Shown piece by piece: positions 1 to 8,200 of a DNA stretch of 21,165 nt. The position numbers and the translations under genes are program-made. The notes under the pieces were generated by a model, which searched no databases, was not told the origin of the DNA, and saw only the letters and a list, made by a program, of their open reading frames with translations. The first letter of the stretch is position 1. Every line of letters begins with the position of its first letter. The stretch is taken from contig JAQGDQ010001915.1 in assembly GCA_030141605.1 (NCBI GenBank), forward strand, positions 1 through 21,165, given 5' to 3'. Origin of the DNA: Tubiluchus corallicola (lineage: Eukaryota; Animalia; Priapulida).

Positions 1-208
1 ATGCGAAAATTCTCAGGTGTGAAGTGTCACAGTCTGAGTGTTCATTCAGTCCAGCGTATACGGAAGGATTATTTCTTTACATATTCGTATTGTAGACGAC
101 TCTTTAGCGACATCTCCCAAAAATGTATCGTAAGTATAAGTCGACCCCAAAAATTTCACCTTAAAATCGCCTCCCAAAAATTCGACTTGTACATAAGTAT
201 ATATACGG
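1..208. mobile_element. Right end of a Tc1/mariner-superfamily (Tc2-like) non-autonomous DNA transposon
   Basis: Ends ...TCGACTTGTACATAAGTATATATACGG (reverse complement CCGTATATATAC...AAGTCGA), with an internal copy GTATAAGTCGACCCC at ~135. Same layout as the complete element at 18434-19115. Left end is outside the window and the flank is TC rather than TA. Confidence 0.55.
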
Positions 209-316
209 TCATTTTTTTCATTTGTAATGTTCTTGCTTAAAAAACTGATACTTGTGTGGTTACTGGGCAGTATCTAACATGCAGTTTACTTAGCAGTCTT
301 TTCTAATGAGTGTTTT

Positions 317-926
317 CACGGTTTTGTTGTACGTACGCGTAGTGACACGTGGGTAAAGCAAAGTTGTCTGCCATATGAAATCAAATCATTTATTGTTTTT
401 CCCAACAGATAACATTAGTTAAAGTTTAGTAACATATATAGCCAACCAAATGGGAAAGGGTGGCGAAGAACATACGTTATCGAATCAGCCACCTGAACTC
501 AGTTCTGTCTATAAATTTTTTGCATGCAGTGCCGATGATCAGTAATCAAAAATAATAAAATTGAATTATGTACTTGTTTTCACCTATGTAACATTAAGCA
601 TTATATATATCAGTTCAATAACTTTAGTTGTTTTACATAGATTTACTTAATTATGCATCGCCAGTTCAGTAACTTCAGTTGTTTTACGTGAACTTTACTT
701 AATTATGCATTAGTCTGTGTGTAGAGTGATTTACTAGCAGGATCTTGCTTGGGAACAAGAAAAAATGAACTAGGTAAGGTTCTAGGTAGCTGTTAAAACT
801 GTTACTATTACAATGGCATAGGCTGCGAGGTGTTGTCAAGTGCACACATATGCATTGTCTGGTAGACTTAACCTTTGACCTTTTCACAATCGTCATCAAT
901 CGCTGGAACCGTGAAAAGGCTTATTA
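317..926 (+). repeat. Left copy of a ~600-bp long-range inverted repeat (partner 16124-16741), in the GPR143 intron upstream of exon 3
   Basis: Direct match to the reverse complement of 16124-16741 over its length, e.g. GGCGAAGAACATACGTTAT, CACCTGAACTCAGTTCTGTCTATAAATTTT, GCTTGGGAACAAGAAAAAATGAACTAGG, TGTCTGGTAGACTTAACCT. Carries a private ~50-bp tandem duplication (611-658 / 662-710). Confidence 0.95.
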
Positions 927-2193
927 TTTTGTTATTTTAATTTTAAGATTATGGAGATAAGAAAGATAATTCATTGTAAGAATACAAATAAATTTACACC
1001 AGGTTTGCACAAAGTTGCTATTAAATTTATGCCAAATAAATGAAAGAAATTGAATTATAAATTTATGCATTTTTGTCTCAGATATTAACAATTTTTGAAA
1101 TTGTTCATCAGTGGACGCTTTATGACCACTAGCCTGCTATTTCTATAAATTTCTGTCTCTGCCTGTCTGTTAGGCGGGCATTTCTTTCAAATTAAGTCTG
1201 ATGTTGCTCAATGAGAAAATGGGAATTACGTGCTTACAGTCTCAGTCGGAAGTATACTCAGTACGTTTCACTATAGTTGCTGATTCTGCGGAACATCACT
1301 GGAAGGGAAAGAGCAGAGTTATAAAGTGCACATGTGGTGATATCTGTGAAAGTCATGTTTGAAATTGTAGATAACTCACTTTGTAGAACAAGAATAAACA
1401 ACTATACTACATATTTGCACAAAACTGAAACGTGTTTATTAGACTACATACACATACATAAGTAAATTGCAGCTTCTTACAACACTGTATACTGTAATAT
1501 AATTATAATAGTGCTGAAATGAGTGGATATTATAAAGTTGAATTTCTGTAGATATGTTGCTTTACTAACATCGCATTACCTGTTTTACTAACATCTTTAT
1601 CTTTGTAAACTGTATATTTTTATGCGAAATAAACTCATAATAATAATAACAATATAAACAATTATGTATACGATTTGTCTTTTAACAAACAAGTAATCAA
1701 GATTAGAATATAATTGTTACACACTGACTAATTGACCGTGTTTTAGCTACAGAATTTTGGGTTTTTTCTTCATTTTTCTCGCCTCCCACGATGCACACAG
1801 TTGTGAGCAACAATGTTGGAAACCAGGGCTTCAAATTGGCACGTTACATGTGTAGCTAAGAAATCATACAATGTGCGTTTCTATAAAAATAGTTTGTGAG
1901 CTATTCACACGAAAATGGCAGATAGCCGTGACGACGTTTATATGCTATATTTCACTGCAATCTCTCAAAAATATGACTAAAATACCGTCGTAGAAGATTA
2001 GTTGTGATATCGAATTACAGTAACCAGATTACAATCGAATATCAAAATTTGAAAATCGCCACTAGTAAGAACTGTCAATCTATGAGCAAAGTAATAGTAG
2101 CAAGGATTTTGCTTTTCCACTTATGGGTAATTTTTTTTGCATATCTGTGTCATTTTGTTTGAATTTTGATAGTTTGTAATTTGTATATTTCAG

Positions 2194-2282
2194 GCTTGGA
2201 TACACTATTTTTACATCACCACGTATCTATGGACATTTTTCTACGCGCTTGACATATTTCTCAACTTTAAATGCTTACAAGG
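2194..2282 (+). CDS. GPR143: GPR143 exon (equivalent to human exon 3), TM3/ICL2
   Basis: Acceptor tatatttcag|GCT, donor AAGG|gtatga; 89 nt; AWIHYFYITTYLWTFFYALDIFLNFKCLQ(G). Confidence 0.9.
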
Positions 2283-5200
2283 GTATGAATTTTAAATCAT
2301 TCTCGCTTGCCTGCTTGCTTGAAAGTAAATAATCACGACTTTAGTTTTTTACGGTCCATAACAGATCACAGCTCCATCTAGTGTTTGGTTTCCAAATTAA
2401 TTAATAAACTCAATTTCTCATTGTACTGACATCTACCAGTAAGTTTTGTATTTATCAGTTTGTATTTTCCTTTAGTCAGCGTGCAACGCGTATATTTTGC
2501 TCTCGATTAATTGAATTACTGTTCAATCGTCTAATAAATAGATTTATACATGGTTGTAATCGCGATTAGTTCGATTAGTCTGTTAATCACTACTACCCCT
2601 AATTGTATTTTTTCTGTTTGGCACTTTGCGAATTCAATACCAGCGCTCAACTGCAGGGGTTACCTGGTGGTGGGACTAAAGTTCAGCCATTATTAAGGAT
2701 GATCTTCTAAGATACGGGTTCCAAACCTTTGGTCGCGACCCCAATTCGGGTCATCAACCACTTTTCCTGGGGTCGCACGCTAGTCCAAAAACTATTTTTA
2801 AAAGATGCTGTTTTCATGAAAAGTATGTAAGTAGGTCTTGTTTCCTCAGTCTCTCATTACATCATTTTGTTCTGGAAAGTGAAACTGGGTTTTCCCGCTT
2901 TAAATGTGGTATAGGCCTACCAGTGCTTGATTTTCTGGGAAAATGAAAATGCTCATTGTTCCATGCTGTACACTTGTACACACACTACACTTGTGTACAG
3001 CATACACCGCCCCAAAGCGTGTCACTATTTATTTTACCTTGGATGCCTATAGCTGTTGCATTTTTTTGTGGGGTCGCAGTATGATGCAGGATTCTGGAAA
3101 GGAGTCAACAAAAGGTTGGGAACCGCTGTTCTAAGATAAGACACTGAAATTGGCAAAGGCCGGGTACAAATTCATATGCGTCTTTCCACAATGAGATAAG
3201 CATCCTCTTGCAGTGCGGTAGTGAAACCCCCCAGAGTAGTAGTCTTTTGTTAATTCATCTCTTAAAATCAAACATGTAGCGAGCCGGCTTTTGGAGAGCC
3301 TCAAAAATCTTTAGAGAAAAATCATTAGATGGTTTCTGCTACAATTGCAAGAGCACTTTTTCATGATTATGGGAACCGACGTCATCCTACAGTCACAATG
3401 GTCGTGAACTAGAATCATTTGTACTCTAGAATGCGCTGTACCATTACACGCTGATTGTAGATTTTTATAGTCAGCATCAACTGTTTCTGCACAATTTTGA
3501 GCCACAGGTAGCATCTCCACAGTAACCTAGCTAATTCTAGGTGGAATTTGGAAAGGAACTTATTTTAGCTCAATTCATTTCAAATTCAATTTGTTGCAAT
3601 GAACTAGTTTCAATTTTGTGTTTGCAAAGAATGAGCTAGTTTCAATTTTATGTTCCTAAAGAATGAAGTAGTTTCAATTTTATGTTCCCAAAGAATGAAC
3701 TAGTTACAATTTTATGTTCCCCAAAGAATGAACTAGTTACAATTTTATGTTCCCAAAGAATGAACTAGTTACAATTTTATGTTCCCCAAAGAATGAAGTA
3801 GTTTCAATTTTATGTTCCCAAAGAATGAACTAGTTACAATTTTATGTTCCCAAAGAATGAACTAGTTTCAATTTTATGTTCCCAAAGAATGAACTAGTTT
3901 CAATTTTATGTTCCCAAAGAATGAACTAGTTTCAATTTTATGTTCCCAAAGAATGAACTAGTTTCACTTTTATGTACTTTTGAAATATAGCTTGTTTAGC
4001 TGCTATATGATGTACATCTGTTGACGAAGGTTTTATTTTATTTTAGGAAAATGTGGTTGTATCACGTGTTTACTTGGGGTTTAGCACTTGTGTTGAGTGT
4101 TAGTGGACTGGTACCCCTCTACTCACCATCACTACGCAAGTATGACATTTTTCTCCTTCATTTTTTTGTAAAATATATGAATTTTTTATAGAAACCTGGC
4201 ATCTTTCATTTAAGATTTCTATTGCTCTTTATCTCAGCGTAACGCCAATTTTACGGATAAAAACGTAAAAGCTCTTTAGTCCTGTTGGCATTCAATGAGC
4301 CGTCCTTGAGCAAATTGTTATGGTTATTGCTTAGATGGGTGTTACTTCTATTTGGCTTAAAAGACAAGAAATCGCTTCACAAATTTTCAAACAGTGTTTG
4401 AAAATTTTGTTTCACTTTCATACTGCCTTATTGCATACAGAGCTTGCATTAATAGTAACGCTCAATAAAACTTGTAAATTTAATCTGCGGCCAGCCACTT
4501 CAATGATTATTCATTTAAAACAAGTTTAGATAACATTCAGTAAACTTTGGAAAAATATTCAGAGCATTCATGCATACACTTCACTAACTAAGCAAAGGTT
4601 TAAATAACATTATATTGTTAATAAGATCAATAATGTGTTTATGGTGAATCAGCAGGTCACACTGGGATGGCAATGAAGTGACATTCTACCTATTCGCACA
4701 AACGTTTTTAATTAAAAATTTTCTTTTCCAATTATGTAATTCTTTCAAACTAAGTGTAATGCAAAACTATCTTGTAATATACCATTCAGTGGAGCATTTT
4801 TTTGGAATATTCCTTAAAATTCGCTTTTCTTTCCCTTTAAATATGTATTTCACCACCTGCCGTCAGCGTGTGCCATCATCAATTAGTTCTGTCTCGAAGT
4901 TCGTCTCATAATTACTTTGCATTTGACACTTGTTATAAATTTTCCCCTTTATTAAATATTACGTCGTTTGTCTTCTTGCTCATCTCTGTTTCATAATTTT
5001 TTCATCTCATTCCCTCCTTTTTTAGGCTTGTTACAGCATTGAAACAGCTTAAATTTCCCTCTAATCTTACTGTACTTATTTGCTTGTGAATGACCTTTAA
5101 CATTAATAGTGTTTTAGTTTTCTGTATTTAAGCTGTGTAAGACAGGTCTACCTTGAACATTTACACCTGTGGGTTATCCAGGCTAATTGTTCCGCTGTGT

Positions 5201-8200
5201 TTTAGTATAGTGGTATTTTCGTATTGATAATAATTATGTTATTTGATTCTGTGATTGTACCTGCTAGTATAGTTATTATAATATAATTCCTCGTAACTTG
5301 TTAATGATTGTGTTGTTTGATTCTTTGATTGTAAAAGCTAACAGGCTTAATAATTGTGGGCAAACTTTAATTCGATGCTTGCTCTCCCCTCCCCCACCCC
5401 CATTTCCTTGCCCATAAGTTCTATGCACCAGGCCATACTATTAAGAATTATCATTATTAATTATGATTATGACTATGATGATTATTTTTCTTTTTTTTTA
5501 GTTGCGGACACGAGGTGCATAATCTTCTGCCACATTACCTCACTGGTCTGATACCAATCATGTTTGTTATGCTCGTTAATCCAGTGTTGTACCTGATCTC
5601 AAGTTTCTCGGGTATGTATGTGTTTTTACGTTTGTGCAGGCCCGGATTGTGACATTTCCGGGTCCCTAAGTTAATGAAATTATAGGGATTGTACCACCCT
5701 TTAACTCACACCCACTTGCCTTGAATATTTTTTACTCGTGGTATATTTTAGTGACATTAGCACAGCTTGAAGTGAACTTATTGCAAATTTTTTAAATAAA
5801 GTAGTATCATTTGTTTGTCGAAAAATATTCTTGAACAAATACCACTATTTTACTGTTTACTCCAAACCAAATTAGCACATATTTCAACACATTCATAGTG
5901 GAAAAACAGATTTTTTACTAAATGTTACCAAAGTTTGAGGGCCCCAAGTTTTGAGGGGCCTTAGGATGCTCTATACTAGCCCATAGGATAATCCGGGTTT
6001 GCCTTTGTGTTTTGTTGTTGTGTGCTAAGATAGAGATGAACAGTGCAGTAGTAAATTGCCTATTCATCGTTGTTTCTAGTAATAGTTCATATTCGCGTGT
6101 AAGTGGTTTGTTACTACACTCATATCTCGGTTTGCCGGATCTCACTTTTTCCGGGATATCGGAATAATCGGACAAATTCTGGACCGCTGAAAAGTCCCGC
6201 ATACTACGGACACAGTCTGTTGTTTTGCGAGCTGACCGCTAGTTGGCTAGCTGTGACTTTATTTACATCATTACATCAGTGCAACCACGTGTATATCTAC
6301 TGCTAATGTTGACTGGTTGTGGTAGAACAGGAACATAATCAATAATCACAAATAGTCCTGTACGACACCTAACTGTTGATGTATCCTATAATCTTAGCTA
6401 TGTTCGGATGCATATACACCTTCGCTAGCCAGATTCGTCTCTTCTTAACTGTCACAGTCAAGCGTTGATAATTTAGCTGTTGCCCCTATTAATGTGCTTC
6501 TACATTAATAGTAATTATAATAATACATTAATAATAATTATACATAGAGATATATAATTTTTTATACATCTCTATCTATAAAAATATAGAATCGATTATG
6601 TGGAGTTATTTGAGTCATTTGCTGACAGTTTCTACATACTTTTGCATAGGAGTGGGCAGTACTAGACGTTTTTGAGACAATTAGGCGATTGATTCTGCAA
6701 CATTACTGTGACTCTAATACACGGCGCCTACTGTATTAGTTTAGTATCAGTAAATTCCGTACAATCGGCAAATTCGGATAAAAGTCTCCCCGCTTTTATC
6801 TGGAAAGCCGAGATATGAGTGTTTGTGGTTTGGCAGGACTTAGATCATCTAAATTTCACATGGTTTCTTCTTCTTCTTCTTGGCTTCTTTTTGTCAATGG
6901 AAACTAAGTTCTTGCAATTGTTAGTAAAATTTCTCTTCTTACAGAAGCCAAGATCAGTTTCTTGACGCTGTTGATCATTTATTTGTCTATAATATGAATG
7001 CACGAAGGCAACAAAATTGCTAAGCCCGAAAAAATTTTTGCACCACTGTTGGGACTTGAACCCAGGCCTTCTGCTGTCCGGACAATTATGCTAACCACTG
7101 CACCACAGAGGCGCGCTACTTTTCAGACTTAGACATTTACTCTGTAGACCACTAGAGGTCTATTAACATGTAATCGCGGTCCTCACTGTATCATTAGATT
7201 AGAAAGTCCAAAAATCTTTTGCACCTCTTCTGGGACTCGAACTTAGGACCTTCTACCTTCCAGACAGCTATGCTGGGGTGGGGGAGGCACGTTACTTTTC
7301 AAATATATAAACTTAATAGAGCTCATTTGTAAAACCTAAGTGTAAAATCACATTTTTAAAGTTACTTTTGCTTGTTTTCAGTGAAAACGTTTCTAGCCTC
7401 GCAGTATGCAAAGTATACGGAGCGAGAACGACGAGCCGTTGCCGCAGTTAGAGAAAAATTCTTTTTAGTGGTTCTCGTTTTCTTCATTTGGTGAGCCGTT
7501 TTCTTGTAACGTTAACGCAAGTTTTAGGTGACATTAATTATTTTTGAAGCTTTCGTCTGATGACTTAGTTTTGCCACATCACCTGAAGAGTTGCGTCATT
7601 TTATGAATTTTCTTAAGTTCATTAAGCTTCTTAAAGGACAAGAATAGAGGTATCTGAAGTAGGTTTCAGAAAAATCGTCTTAAAAAATTATATTACTTTA
7701 TAGCAATTTTATGCGTATATCGTACTCGCACTGAAAGGAATTTTAGTTTGTTTTCATTTTAAATCTCCCGCAATACTGTTCCGAAGTTGCCATTACATGA
7801 CGTCATGTACCAAACGTAAATCAAGGGAAGAGAAGGCAATGTTAAATTATGTCTCGAAAGACGTTCCGTGCAAATCTATATTACTTAGAGTTTCGCTTAC
7901 CTACTAGAAAGACTTATGTAACTAGAAAAGAAAATTATTAATTATTTAAAATGTTTTCACCAATTGGTAAAATGTCGCTGAGTAACCCTCCAGGGTGCAC
8001 CACTCAGTACCCAAAAACGTATTTTTAATATTATTGACAAGGTACAGTAATTTTAAATGTGACGTGTGCGCTACGAATGCTCTGATTATTTTTTCAAACT
8101 TCACACAGTGTTATCTAAACTTGTTTCAAATGATCTATCATGAAAATGGCTGCATCTAACTGTCATCGCTGGAGTTTAAATTTACATGTTTTATACAGCG

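Noticed and set aside
1-240. 79-aa ORF, or a GPR143 exon 2 candidate after ctcag|GT at ~16
   Set aside because: No GPR143-like residues and it overlaps a transposon end. I found no convincing exon 2 in 1-2193.
3598-3976. CRISPR array (32-bp partly palindromic repeats)
   Set aside because: Units are contiguous with no unique spacers, there are no cas genes, and the context is a eukaryotic intron.
7041-7112. Functional tRNA-Ser(GGA)
   Set aside because: Mismatches in the acceptor, anticodon and T stems, C rather than U at position 33, and no long variable arm.
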